Of a stretch of 64,000 nucleotides of DNA, positions 54,576-64,000 are shown piece after piece. A model generated the notes under the pieces. It was not told the DNA's origin and did not search any database. It saw only the letters and a list, made by a program, of their open reading frames with translations. Every line of letters starts with the position of its first letter. The first letter of the stretch is position 1. The DNA is taken from NCBI GenBank assembly GCA_003170155.1, contig PMZQ01000109.1, positions 2,155-66,154 of the forward strand. The letters are read 5' to 3'. The translations under genes were made by a program, and so were the position numbers. The stretch comes from Actinomycetota bacterium. GTDB taxonomy: Bacteria > Actinomycetota > Thermoleophilia > Gaiellales > Gaiellaceae.

Positions 54576-56480
54576 CTACGTCAGCCGGCGGGAGCGGCGG
54601 ACGGCTCTGAATCCGTCCCACTTTCGCGAGAGAAGCGTAAAGCGGCGGAGAGCCAACTGTGGAAGCGTTGCGTCCGGGCGCTCGCCGGCCGCCGGGTAAG
54701 GCGCGTAGCGACGGACGCTGAGGGCGGCAAGTTGGGCACTCGCCGCCGTAAACGCGGCCGCCACGAGCAGTAGCGGGAGTCCCAGGTAACCGACTGCGCC
54801 GAGCTCGGTGACGTACCAGAAGACGTTCAGGCCGAGGTGCAGGCGAGACGCCAGCTCGAAGAAGATGAGCAGCGGCCCGAGAAGGCCGATCAACATCACT
54901 CCGAGCGAAGCCCAGGGCCGCCAGCGTCGTAGCTGAGGCAACCAGATCCAGGCATGAAGAGGGGGCAGAAGAAACAGGACCATGTAGCGGTTGAGAAAGG
55001 CAACGGCGAGTGCGACGAACAGCAGCAACAGCAGCGCCGCCGCGTAACCGGCGAGCTCGTCTTCGGCACTCGTTTGCTGACGCGGTAGAAGCCGCTCGCG
55101 AGCTATCAACCAGGCGCCGAAGGCGAGAAGGGAAAAGAACACGAGTGCGCCGAGAGGCGGAGAAACGGAGGCTGAGATATCGGGCGAGAGTGGTCTAGCC
55201 ACACCGCCGTGGAACAAGCCGAAGAAGACGAAGAGCAGGAAGAGAGAAAGCAAGACGAGCCAGAAGCCGAGCCGGCGCCCGAGACTCCGCAGAGAAGGCG
55301 CGAGCGGGATCTGACGCCGGCGGCAACGAGCGAACAGGTCGACGATCGCGACGAGCGGTGGGAGCAGCGCTGTGATCAGAATCAGTTGCAGCGCCCAACC
55401 GTGCACGAAGCGTCCACCGAGATAGACGTAGCTGGCGCTGTCGGACTGTGGTTCAGGAGCGCCCTGGTCGAGCGCGGCGATGAGCTGCTCGGTTGCGTGT
55501 CCGATCACGGACAGATGCTCGTCCGAGGTCTTCAAGTGGGCGTTCCGAGTCGTGTCGGTTAGGGGAAGCGGCGGTCGATCGCTGCTGGTCGTGAAGGTGA
55601 CCGCGGGGATACCGCGAGCGACGAAAGGGGCTTGCTCGTAGAGGCTGAACGGGAACGCGAGATCGAGCAACTGGTCGACGAAGCCGGCGTGGGTGACTTC
55701 GGCTCCGGGTTGCTCGCTAAGAAGCTGGGACGCGGTGGCCACGATCACCGACGAGGGTGATCGAGGCGCGTCGCCGTTGAGAAGTATTCGAGGTGTTCCC
55801 GTCCCGGCGATCGCGTCGAGCACGATGACCGCCGCGATGTGGCTACGAGAACCGCTTTGACGGGCGAAGTGATCCGCGCCGATCGCGCCGAAGGCGCCCC
55901 CATCGGTGGAGAGAAAAACGATCGTATGTGCGGGCTGTGGCGGCTCAACGAGCTCCAAGTTGTGCTGGTACGCACGTGCCAGCTCGAGCATCGCGGCGGT
56001 TCCGGATGCGTTGTCGTCAGGGCTGCCGCCCGGCCCCTGGCCGCTGTTGTCGCGGTGAGCCAAAATGACGATCGAGGTCGGTGAGCGACCTTTAATGGTG
56101 ACGCTGACGTTGGCGAGACTCTGCTTGCCGAGACCCGGGATGTTGGCCGAGAAGCGGTCGACCTTCGGAGTCAGTCCAAGTGCGGTGAATTTGCCTTCGG
56201 TCCAGGCTAATAGGTTGGCGCTGCTTGGTGCCCCGGGACTGCGATCGGGATAGCTACTCGCCAGCTCGTCCATCGTTGCCTGCGCGTCGCCTGCGCTGAA
56301 CACGGAGCGGAAAACGGGAGCCGCGAGCGGCTGCTCGCGCGCGACGCTGAAGGCAGCGATGAGAAGAGGGATCGCAATAACGATCCAGGACCCGCGGTAT
56401 ATACGCGCGTTAACCGGTCGCTCGAGCGACCCAGGACGCGGCTTTGTCCGCAGAGGTTTGGGCCGCATGGTGGCTCTCAA
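54576..56480 (-). CDS. M28-family peptidase fused to a C-terminal polytopic membrane domain
   Basis: 634 aa. ILAHRDNS...DDNASGTAAMLELARAY, then about 8 TM helices. Start is TTG 56480 or ATG 56468. Confidence 0.85.
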   Translation of the reverse strand: MRATMRPKPLRTKPRPGSLERPVNARIYRGSWIVIAIPLLIAAFSVAREQPLAAPVFRSVFSAGDAQATMDELASSYPDRSPGAPSSANLLAWTEGKFTALGLTPKVDRFSANIPGLGKQSLANVSVTIKGRSPTSIVILAHRDNSGQGPGGSPDDNASGTAAMLELARAYQHNLELVEPPQPAHTIVFLSTDGGAFGAIGADHFARQSGSRSHIAAVIVLDAIAGTGTPRILLNGDAPRSPSSVIVATASQLLSEQPGAEVTHAGFVDQLLDLAFPFSLYEQAPFVARGIPAVTFTTSSDRPPLPLTDTTRNAHLKTSDEHLSVIGHATEQLIAALDQGAPEPQSDSASYVYLGGRFVHGWALQLILITALLPPLVAIVDLFARCRRRQIPLAPSLRSLGRRLGFWLVLLSLFLLFVFFGLFHGGVARPLSPDISASVSPPLGALVFFSLLAFGAWLIARERLLPRQQTSAEDELAGYAAALLLLLFVALAVAFLNRYMVLFLLPPLHAWIWLPQLRRWRPWASLGVMLIGLLGPLLIFFELASRLHLGLNVFWYVTELGAVGYLGLPLLLVAAAFTAASAQLAALSVRRYAPYPAAGERPDATLPQLALRRFTLLSRKWDGFRAVRRSRRLT

Positions 56481-56516
56481 CGTATGGCTATAGTAGGCAT
56501 CAGGCAGGCTTGAGGT

Positions 56517-57212
56517 ATGTCTGACTCTCTCACGATCCTCCTCGTCGATGACGAGGATGCGATCCAGAAACTACTTTCCTTCCCGTTACGGCGGGACGGG
56601 TATACGGTCATCGAAGCTCGTGACGGGGAAGAGGCTCTGGCAAGGTTCGCCGAGGAGAAGGTTGACCTCGTCGTCCTCGACCTGGCACTGCCGAAGCTCG
56701 ACGGACTGGAGGTCTGCAAGCGCCTGCGTGCGCACAGCACGGTGCCGATCATCATGCTGACCGCGCGCGACGAGGAGGTCGACAAGGTCGTCGGACTGGA
56801 GATCGGCGCAGACGACTACATAACGAAGCCCTTCTCGATCCGCGAGTTCCGCAGTCGTGTGCGCGCACTTCTGCGACGATCGTCGGTGGCGGTCGCTTCC
56901 GAGCCGGGCGAGGAGATCGTCGCCGGGCCGCTACGCCTCGACAGGGCTCGGCGCCGGATCGAGATAGACGGGCGATCGCCCGAGCTCACCTACGTGGAGT
57001 TCGAGCTCGCGCGTGTTCTCGCCGGGAAACCGGGGCGCGTCTTCTCGAGACAGGATCTGCTCGAGGCGGTCTGGGGTGGCTCGGATTACCGTGATCCGAG
57101 AACTATCGACGTTCATATCCGGCACCTGCGTGAAAAGCTCGAGCGAGATCCGAGCAGACCGGAATTGGTGTTGACGGTACGCGGCGTCGGCTATCGCTTC
57201 CGAGAAACATGA
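56517..57212 (+). CDS. OmpR-family response regulator
   Basis: 231 aa. ILLVDDEDAI...VVLDLALPKLDG...ITKPF...VRGVGYRF. Confidence 0.93.
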   Translation: MSDSLTILLVDDEDAIQKLLSFPLRRDGYTVIEARDGEEALARFAEEKVDLVVLDLALPKLDGLEVCKRLRAHSTVPIIMLTARDEEVDKVVGLEIGADDYITKPFSIREFRSRVRALLRRSSVAVASEPGEEIVAGPLRLDRARRRIEIDGRSPELTYVEFELARVLAGKPGRVFSRQDLLEAVWGGSDYRDPRTIDVHIRHLREKLERDPSRPELVLTVRGVGYRFRET

Positions 57213-58588
57213 AGCTGAGAAGAAACGTAGGCAGTCAGCTCCTCGCCGCTCTCATCGGAGTGGTGTTGATCGCGCTCGCGACGACGTACTTGATGGTCGT
57301 ACCGACGCTCGACCAGAACCTTGTCTCGAACCGGTTGAACGAGCTCGAGCACTCGGCGAACAACGTCGCAGTCGCTGTACCCAGAGTGAACTACCTGCAG
57401 TCGTACGCTATGGACAGCGCTTCGGCGTTTGACGCCCGCGTCGTCGTCTTCCAGACCCTGGGCCCGCCGCTCGAGTTGCTCGTGCAAGCCGATTCGCTGA
57501 CAACGTCGCCGCCGGCGATCTCGAGAGATAGGATCGCGCTCGAAGCTGCCAAGACCGGGCGGGTGGTGCGCGGGACCGTGAATCGGGACGGTGTGCGTCG
57601 CGCGGAGGTGTCCGAGCCGGTCCCGGGAACGTCGGAGGTAGTTCTCCTCTCTGGCCCCCTGAGCAGTGTGAAGCGAACCGTCTCGAGCGTGAGACGGCAG
57701 CTACTGGTCGCCGCCTTTCCGTCCCTCGTACTCGCGCTGGCGCTCGGTTTCTTGGGAGCGCGCTGGCTTTCACGGCGAGTGAGGCGGCTCGAGCGCGCTG
57801 CCGATCGCATAGCTGCAGGGGAGTTCGAGGAACCGGTCGAAGACGGCGGTAACGACGAGATCGGCGAGCTGGCTCGCAGCTTCGAGCGCATGCGGCTCCG
57901 TCTCGCGCGACTCGAGGAGGCGCGGCGAGCGTTCATCGCCAATGCATCTCACGAGTTGAGAACACCGATTTTCGCGCTATCGGGCTCACTCGAGCTCCTG
58001 GCCGACGAAGAGATGGACGAGCAAAGCCGGGGGGAATTCATCGAGACGATGCGCGGCCAAGTGGAGCGCTTGCACAAGCTGGCGACCGCTTTGCTCGATC
58101 TGACGCGACTCGACGCGGGCCTAGATCTGACTCTCGAGGCGCTTGCGCTCACTCCTATCGCGGAGGCGCTGGAAAAGGAGTTCAGAGCGACGGCAGAGCT
58201 GTTAGGGCACCCACTTTCGGTGTCTCTGGAGGCATCGCCCGTCGCGCGGGTCGACGAGCAGAGGACGCTTCAAATCGGCCGTATCCTGCTTGAGAACGCT
58301 CTCTTGCACACGCCTCGCGGAACCGCGGTTACGGTTCGCGTGACGGAGATCGGCGAAAATGGCGTGCTCACAGTCGCGGACGAAGGTCCGGGCATACCGG
58401 CAGCCGACCAGGAGCGCGTGTTCGAGCGCTTTTTCCGGCTGGAAGGTGAGCGGTCGTCGGGAAGCGGCTTGGGGCTTGCGATAGCCCGAGAATGGGCAAT
58501 GAGGATGGGTGGAATCGTGACGCTCGAATCTCGACCCGGCTCAACGAGGTTCTCGCTCGAGCTTCCGCTCGTAGGCGACAAGGCCTAG
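57209..58588 (+). CDS. sensor histidine kinase (TM, HAMP, HisKA, HATPase)
   Basis: 459 aa. ATGA overlap with the regulator stop. NASHELRTPIFAL and GSGLGLAIA. Confidence 0.93.
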   Translation: MKLRRNVGSQLLAALIGVVLIALATTYLMVVPTLDQNLVSNRLNELEHSANNVAVAVPRVNYLQSYAMDSASAFDARVVVFQTLGPPLELLVQADSLTTSPPAISRDRIALEAAKTGRVVRGTVNRDGVRRAEVSEPVPGTSEVVLLSGPLSSVKRTVSSVRRQLLVAAFPSLVLALALGFLGARWLSRRVRRLERAADRIAAGEFEEPVEDGGNDEIGELARSFERMRLRLARLEEARRAFIANASHELRTPIFALSGSLELLADEEMDEQSRGEFIETMRGQVERLHKLATALLDLTRLDAGLDLTLEALALTPIAEALEKEFRATAELLGHPLSVSLEASPVARVDEQRTLQIGRILLENALLHTPRGTAVTVRVTEIGENGVLTVADEGPGIPAADQERVFERFFRLEGERSSGSGLGLAIAREWAMRMGGIVTLESRPGSTRFSLELPLVGDKA

Positions 58589-58757
58589 CCGGGACTCCGT
58601 TTTCACGTGGAAACGGTGTCGGGCGCAGGGAGCCGCTTGTTCTACGTTCTCGAACTACCAGAATGGCGCGAGCACGACGAGGGAATAGACTGCAGGTCTG
58701 TCGAGGGGGGGCGCTAGAGTCGTCTCAGCTCGAGATAGAGGGCGCGAGGATAGGACG

Positions 58758-59171
58758 ATGAGCTCGGAAAGCGCAGTCATAAATCTGACGATTCCGGCGA
58801 AGGCGGAGTACATCACGCTCGGCCGTCTGGCGCTGACGGCGCTCGCCCGCGCACGAGATTTTCCGGAAGAGACCCTTGCCGATCTCAAGCTGGCTCTCAC
58901 CGAGGCATGCTCCAACTCGGTTCGACACGCATACGGGCCCAGCGACGGCACCGTCGAGCTCCTCTACGAGCTCTGGCCCGACCGGATGGTTGTCGAGGTG
59001 AGCGACGAGGGGAGCGGCTTCGAACCGCCGAGCGGACTCGAAGAGCTGGGTGATCCCGGAGAAGGCGGACTCGGACTCGCGATCATCCGCGAGCTCGTCG
59101 ACGATCTCGAAATCACCGAAAAGGTAGGCGGGGGATCACGTCTTCGATTCGTAAAAAAACTACGCGATTGA
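58758..59171 (+). CDS. RsbW/SpoIIAB-like anti-sigma factor serine kinase (HATPase_c_2)
   Basis: 137 aa. LALTEACSNSVRHAY...VSDEGSGF...GGLGLAIIRELVDDLEI. Confidence 0.82.
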   Translation: MSSESAVINLTIPAKAEYITLGRLALTALARARDFPEETLADLKLALTEACSNSVRHAYGPSDGTVELLYELWPDRMVVEVSDEGSGFEPPSGLEELGDPGEGGLGLAIIRELVDDLEITEKVGGGSRLRFVKKLRD

Positions 59172-60508
59172 AAGACGCTCGCAGAAGCCGCGATAAGCGC
59201 GTATCTCGGTCGAGTCGTCCGAGAGCGATACTGCCGCTCGTCAACACCGGCCACAAGTCGCTCTCCGATTACGGGACGATCGTCTCCCGTGGGCTGATGG
59301 AAGAGATCAAGCGGCTGGCCGAGCCGATTCAGGGACTCCGCGTGTTGCACCTCTCGGCGACGGCGTTCGGCGGCGGAGTGGCCGAAATCCAGTACACGCT
59401 GATTCCGCTGATGCACGACGCCGGTCTCGACGTCGAGTGGCGCGTCATTCACGGCCAAGAGGAGTTCTTCAACGTCACCAAGACGGTTCACAACGCCCTA
59501 CAGGGCGATCCCCGAGGCCTCTCGACCGAAGACCGCGCGATCTTCCGCCGCTACAACGAGCTCAACGCCGCGCAGCTCGACGACTCCGACTACGACATCA
59601 TCATCATCCACGATCCCCAGCCTGTCGCGTTAATCGACCACTTCCCCTCGTCGAAGGCCAAGTGGATCTGGCGTTGTCACATCGATCTCTCGACACCGAA
59701 CCCGGACGTAATCGATTTTCTGGTGCCGTCTATCTCGCGCTACGACGCGATGATCTTCCACCTGAGGCAGTACATCCCCGACCGCCCCGGTCTTCCTCCG
59801 GCATTCATCTGGCCGCCGGCGATCGATCCGCTCGCGCCGAAGAACATGGCTCTGTCGAGAGAGGATGCGGCGTACATACTCGATCAGTTCGGGATTGACG
59901 TCGAGCGCCAGCTCCTGACACAGGTCTCCCGCTTCGACCCCTGGAAGGATCCGCTCGGCGTGATCGACGCCTACCGCTTGGTCAAGGAGAAGTTCCCGGA
60001 CGTGCAACTGGCGCTCGTCGGCTCGATGGCCCACGACGATCCCGAGGGCTGGGACTTCTACAACCGTACCCTCGCTTATGCGGATGGCGATCCGGACATC
60101 TTCATCCTCTCGAACCTGAACAACGTGGGCTCGGTCGAGGTCAACGCGTTCCAGGTCCACTCCGACGTCGTGATCCAGAAGTCGATCCGCGAAGGCTTCG
60201 GTCTGACCGTCTCGGAGGGGCTGTGGAAGGGTCGTCCGACCGTCGCCGGCCGCGTCGGCGGGATCGTCAGTCAGATCCGCGACCGCGAGACGGGCTGGCT
60301 GGTGGAATCGCCGGAGGAGTGCGCTCGCGCCTGCATCGAGGCGATGAGCGATCCCGCGAGAGCGAACGCCATGGCTCTCAAGGGCAAGGAAGACGTTCGC
60401 CGAAAGTTCCTGACGCCACGCCTTTTGCGTGACTGGCTGGTGCTCTTCAACCGTCAGCTCGGGAACGACACCGGCGGCGTCGACGTCGAGATGGTGGCGA
60501 GCGTCTGA
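59168..60508 (+). CDS. treT: trehalose synthase TreT-like GT4 glycosyltransferase
   Basis: 446 aa. SLSDYGTIV...RVLHLSATAFGGGVAEI...IIIHDPQP...WRCHIDLS...REGFGLTVSEGLWKGRP. TTG start overlaps the upstream stop (TTGA). Confidence 0.75.
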   Translation: MKDARRSRDKRVSRSSRPRAILPLVNTGHKSLSDYGTIVSRGLMEEIKRLAEPIQGLRVLHLSATAFGGGVAEIQYTLIPLMHDAGLDVEWRVIHGQEEFFNVTKTVHNALQGDPRGLSTEDRAIFRRYNELNAAQLDDSDYDIIIIHDPQPVALIDHFPSSKAKWIWRCHIDLSTPNPDVIDFLVPSISRYDAMIFHLRQYIPDRPGLPPAFIWPPAIDPLAPKNMALSREDAAYILDQFGIDVERQLLTQVSRFDPWKDPLGVIDAYRLVKEKFPDVQLALVGSMAHDDPEGWDFYNRTLAYADGDPDIFILSNLNNVGSVEVNAFQVHSDVVIQKSIREGFGLTVSEGLWKGRPTVAGRVGGIVSQIRDRETGWLVESPEECARACIEAMSDPARANAMALKGKEDVRRKFLTPRLLRDWLVLFNRQLGNDTGGVDVEMVASV

Positions 60509-60568
60509 GCCCGCCGAGGTGGCGGCGCTCCCTTGCGCCGAACGACGAGCGGGTAGGCTTCAAGCGCC

Positions 60569-62086
60569 GTGGGTAAGCGACGACCGATCATCGTCGTCTC
60601 AAACCGGGGTCCGGTCACGTATCACTACGGGTCCGGCAATACCCGTGAGGCCGCTCGTGGCGGCGGCGGTTTGGTAACCGCTCTGGCCGGCCTGGCGAGC
60701 CACCATCGCGTCACCTGGATCGCCAGCGCGATGAGCGACGCCGATCGTGAGGTCGCTCTCGAGAGCGGTTCCGCGGGCACCGAGGAGCACGCCCACACCG
60801 GGGCGAGCTACCGCCTGCGTTTCGTAGCGCACGAACCGGCGGCGTACGACTGGTACTACGACGTCGTCGCCAACCCGACGCTCTGGTTCTTACAGCACTA
60901 CTTGTGGTATCTCGTCCACCAGCCCCCGCGTGGCAAAGGCCGGCTCGATCAAGCCTGGCATGAGGGGTACGTTCCGGTCAACTACGCCTTTGCAGAGGCT
61001 GTTCTCGACGAGTTGGCTCGTCAGCCGGACGCCGTCGTCTTTTTCCACGATTACCACCTCTACCTCGCGCCCCGGTTCGTCCGGAATCGGGCTCCCGAGG
61101 CCGCGCTGCTTCATTTCGTCCACATCCCCTGGGTCCAGTCGGATTACTGGCACGTTCTCCCTGCCGAGATCCGCTTCGCCATCCACGACGGCTTGCTAGC
61201 CAACGACCTCGTCAGCTTTCAAACTCCAAGGTGGCAGCGGAACTTCCTTCAGTCGGCCGAGGAGATCGTGGCTGGAAAGCGCAACTCGGACGGCTCGATC
61301 TCTTACGCGGGCAAGCGAACGCACGTCAGCGCGCGCGCGATCTCGGTCGATGTCGCCGAGTTCGAAAAGCTGCGCGAGCATCCGCGCGTTCTCGAGCATG
61401 AGCGCCTCATCCTCGAGACGAGACCGGAGTTCCTGGTCGTGCGCGTCGATCGCACCGATCCCTCGAAGAACATCGTGCGTGGGTTCGAGGCCTTCGGGCT
61501 TTTCCTCGAGACGCACCCCGAGTTGCATCGACGGGTGACGATGCTGGCGCTCCTCGATCCGTCGCGCCAGAACATCCCCGAGTACGCGGAGTATCTGGGT
61601 GCGATCGAGCGCGAGGCGCGATCCGTCAACGAGCGTTTCGGGCGTCCTGACTGGGCCCCGATCGATCTTCAGATCCACGACGACTTCCATCAGTCGGTGG
61701 CTGCCTACAAGCAGTACGACGTCCTGTTCGTGAACGCGGTCTACGACGGCCTCAACCTCGTCGCCAAGGAGGCTCCGCTTGTGAACAGTCGCGACGGGGT
61801 GCTGGTCCTCTCGGAGAACACCGGCGCGTATGAGGAGCTCGGTCCCTACTCGGTGGTGGTCAACCCGTTCGACGTCCGCGGGCAAGCCGATGCGATCTTC
61901 GAAGCGCTGACGATGCCCGCCGACGATCGCCGGCGCCGGATCGACGGGATCCGTACGCGGGTGCGCGAGCACGATCTCCGTTGGTGGATTGGAGCCCAAC
62001 TGGCCGATCTCGACAGCTGCACGAGCCGAGCCGCCCGGCGCCCGGCGCGTCTGTCTCCGGTCGCCAGACTACGCAAGAAGGCATGA
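60569..62086 (+). CDS. otsA: alpha,alpha-trehalose-phosphate synthase (GT20)
   Basis: 505 aa. IIVVSNRGP...GGGLVTAL...FHDYHLYLAP...VHIPW...DGLNLVAKE. GTG start. Confidence 0.9.
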   Translation: MGKRRPIIVVSNRGPVTYHYGSGNTREAARGGGGLVTALAGLASHHRVTWIASAMSDADREVALESGSAGTEEHAHTGASYRLRFVAHEPAAYDWYYDVVANPTLWFLQHYLWYLVHQPPRGKGRLDQAWHEGYVPVNYAFAEAVLDELARQPDAVVFFHDYHLYLAPRFVRNRAPEAALLHFVHIPWVQSDYWHVLPAEIRFAIHDGLLANDLVSFQTPRWQRNFLQSAEEIVAGKRNSDGSISYAGKRTHVSARAISVDVAEFEKLREHPRVLEHERLILETRPEFLVVRVDRTDPSKNIVRGFEAFGLFLETHPELHRRVTMLALLDPSRQNIPEYAEYLGAIEREARSVNERFGRPDWAPIDLQIHDDFHQSVAAYKQYDVLFVNAVYDGLNLVAKEAPLVNSRDGVLVLSENTGAYEELGPYSVVVNPFDVRGQADAIFEALTMPADDRRRRIDGIRTRVREHDLRWWIGAQLADLDSCTSRAARRPARLSPVARLRKKA

Positions 62087-62967
62087 CGCCAACCGAAGAG
62101 CCCTCAAGGGCGCCGGTCATCTGGCGTCTGAGCTCGCTCGTGAAGATCGAGCACACTCTCTTCGCGCTTCCGTTCGCCTATGTGGGCGCCCTGCTCGTCC
62201 GCCGCTCGGCGGGGGCGCTACCAAGCTGGCTAGAGATGCTCTGGATCACGCTGGCGATGGTGAGCGCGCGCTCTCTGGCAATGGGGATCAACCGGCTAGT
62301 CGACCGCGAGATCGATGCTCGCAATCCTCGAACGGCAGGTCGTGAGCTTCCGAGCGGCAGGCTCAGCTCGTCCCAGGTAGCCGTCTTCTGCCTCGCCTCT
62401 CTCGCCCTACTCGTGCTCGCCGCCTTCCGGCTCGCGCCCGCGGTTCACTACCTCTGGCCGATACCGGTGCTGGCCTTCGTCGTCTATCCCTACCTGAAGC
62501 GGGTGACCTGGCTCTGCCATCTCTGGCTGGGGGCGACCATTGGTCTGGCTCCGCTCGGGGCCTGGCTGGCACTGGGTGGTCCGATTGCGACGGCGCCGTT
62601 CGCGCTCTGGGTCGCCGTCGCCTGCTGGATCGCGAGCTTCGACCTCTTCTACTCGCTCTTCGATCTCGAGATCGATCGCGCCCAGGGGCTGCATTCTTTC
62701 GCGGCGCGCTTCGGGATTGCCGGTGTTTTTCGCGGCGCCCGCTTACTGCACCTGATCACCGTGATCGCTCTCGCTCTCGCTGGGTACTCGGGCCATGCCG
62801 GGAGTCTCTGGGGACTCGGGGTCGTGGCTGTAGCGGCGCTCTTGACCTACGAGCACTTGATCGTCTCACCGCGCGATCTGCGGCGTCTGAACGCCGCCTT
62901 CTTCACGGTCAACGGCGTAATCGCAGTCGTCTTCCTGGGCTTCGTTTTGGCCGATGCACTCGTTTGA
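62083..62967 (+). CDS. UbiA-family aromatic prenyltransferase (4-hydroxybenzoate polyprenyltransferase-like)
   Basis: ORF 61981..62967. ATG 62083 forms an ATGA overlap with the otsA stop. NRLVDREIDARNPRT (NxxxDxxxD) motif. Polytopic. Confidence 0.85.
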   Translation: MTPTEEPSRAPVIWRLSSLVKIEHTLFALPFAYVGALLVRRSAGALPSWLEMLWITLAMVSARSLAMGINRLVDREIDARNPRTAGRELPSGRLSSSQVAVFCLASLALLVLAAFRLAPAVHYLWPIPVLAFVVYPYLKRVTWLCHLWLGATIGLAPLGAWLALGGPIATAPFALWVAVACWIASFDLFYSLFDLEIDRAQGLHSFAARFGIAGVFRGARLLHLITVIALALAGYSGHAGSLWGLGVVAVAALLTYEHLIVSPRDLRRLNAAFFTVNGVIAVVFLGFVLADALV

Positions 62968-63351
62968 GCCTAGAGCCCATTCCGCCGAGCCTGCACACCC
63001 GAGGCGGCCAATCCCTGGTCGCGGATCCCCGACGGAGCGGACTCCCGGACCTCGCGTGTTTCTCTATCCTGGCCCCGTGAGCCATCGCCGCCACAAGGGC
63101 AGAAGCGGTTAGTGAACGAGACAGCCAGATCGCTGCTGGGACGGCCGCTGCCGGTTCAGGCGCCGACGGCGTTCGTACGGATTCGCACGCACCGTCGCAG
63201 CCGCTGCCTCGAGTGCAGCGCAAGGGGCTTCCGCTGCCGTCCTCGGCGGCGCCTTTCCCGTCTGTAGCTGAGTGCTCGCCGGAGCGCCGGATGAAGCGAC
63301 CGTGACAGGGCGTTGGCAATCGGCGACGAAGCGGCGAGAATGGGAGACCTC

Positions 63352-64000
63352 ATGCGCTTTCGCTTCATTACCTTTTTGACCGACTTCGGTCTCCAGGATG
63401 ACTTCGTGGGTACCTGCCATGGAGTGATCAAGCGGATTGCTCCCGACGTCGAGGTCATCGACATCACGCACGGCATCGAGCCACGGCGCCTTCTACAGGG
63501 AGCGCTGACGCTCGCCGACACGATTCCGTACATGCCGGTGGGAGTCCATCTCGCCGTTGTCGATCCGGGAGTCGGCACCGATCGCCGCGCCGTGGCGCTC
63601 GAGGACGAGAGTGGGCGCGTCTACGTGGGTCCCGACAACGGGCTTCTGCTTCCGGTCGCCGAGCGGATGGGCGGGATCGCGCGGGTCCATCAGATCACCA
63701 ATCGCAAGTACTCGCTGGAGGATGTCTCACCAACCTTCCATGGCCGCGACGTCTTCTCGCCGGCGGCGGCTCATCTGGCGCTGGGCGTGCCACTCGAGGA
63801 GATGGGGCCGAAGATCGAGGTGTCGGAGCTGATCCGGCTGGACATTCCGAGACCGGAAGCACGCAGAGGACGGATCAAAGCGGCAATCGTCGACACCGAT
63901 CGCTTCGGGAACATGCAGCTCAATCTTCTCCACGAACACCTTGAGGCCATGGGCCTCGCCGTCGGAACGCAGATCGAGCTCGAGCACGAGGGCGAGCGTT
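63352..64000 (+). CDS. SAM hydroxide adenosyltransferase / SAM hydrolase (DUF62, fluorinase-chlorinase family), 3' end outside window
   Basis: Not in the ORF track because it is open at the edge. Manual translation from ATG 63352 (GGGAGA RBS) gives MRFRFITFLTDFGLQDDFVGTCHGVIKRIAPDVEVIDITHG...VVDPGVGT...GPDNGLL...FHGRDVFSPAAAHLA. Confidence 0.85.
   Translation, partial: MRFRFITFLTDFGLQDDFVGTCHGVIKRIAPDVEVIDITHGIEPRRLLQGALTLADTIPYMPVGVHLAVVDPGVGTDRRAVALEDESGRVYVGPDNGLLLPVAERMGGIARVHQITNRKYSLEDVSPTFHGRDVFSPAAAHLALGVPLEEMGPKIEVSELIRLDIPRPEARRGRIKAAIVDTDRFGNMQLNLLHEHLEAMGLAVGTQIELEHEGER

Noticed and set aside
58597-58616. Near-palindrome CCGTTTTCACGTGGAAACGG just after the kinase gene, superficially parS-like (CACGTG centre).
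   Set aside because: Aligned on the CACGTG centre it matches the parS consensus TGTTTCACGTGAAACA at only about 11/16 positions, with each half shifted by one base. It is more simply a terminator hairpin. I found no convincing parS elsewhere in the window.

Overview
High-GC, actinobacterial-type chromosome segment centred on the replication origin. The core is gyrA-gyrB-DUF721-recF-dnaN-dnaA on the minus strand. A DnaA-box cluster at 41.4-41.7 kb separates it from rpmH-rnpA-yidD-yidC-jag-rsmG-parA-parB on the plus strand. To the left lie a pstCAB-phoU operon with a divergent pstS, and a PhoR/PhoP-like two-component pair. An 11-bp-phased direct-repeat motif (TTCACC/GTAACC) occurs in both the pst and the regulator promoters. 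Further left-of-origin genes are an ECF-sigma-fabZ-fabH-fabD-fabG-fabF-accD-accA block, birA, and nfeD-SPFH-galT. The far left holds wecB/wecC-like genes, tRNA-Lys, two EntS-like MFS genes flanking a truncated IS5-family transposase, and an alpha-oxoamine synthase coupled to a large membrane GGDEF-EAL sensor. To the right lie tRNA-Ile, cell-envelope genes (L,D-transpeptidase, PBP1A, CPBP protease, M28 peptidase), a second two-component system, and an RsbW-like kinase-treT-otsA-ubiA chain. The only clearly accessory or decayed stretch is 9.75-13.0 kb. It contains about 1 kb without credible genes, a decayed tRNA-like relic whose 3' end is repeated 1.83 kb downstream, and a lone secreted vWA gene between those repeats. 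It also contains terminator-like structures with no gene, an HD-GYP remnant and a small repeat-containing ORF. I found no CRISPR array, rRNA, recognisable defence system or obvious novel multi-gene system. The findings are modest and mostly hypotheses. Many long ORFs in the track are antisense or out-of-frame shadows of real high-GC genes and were not called.
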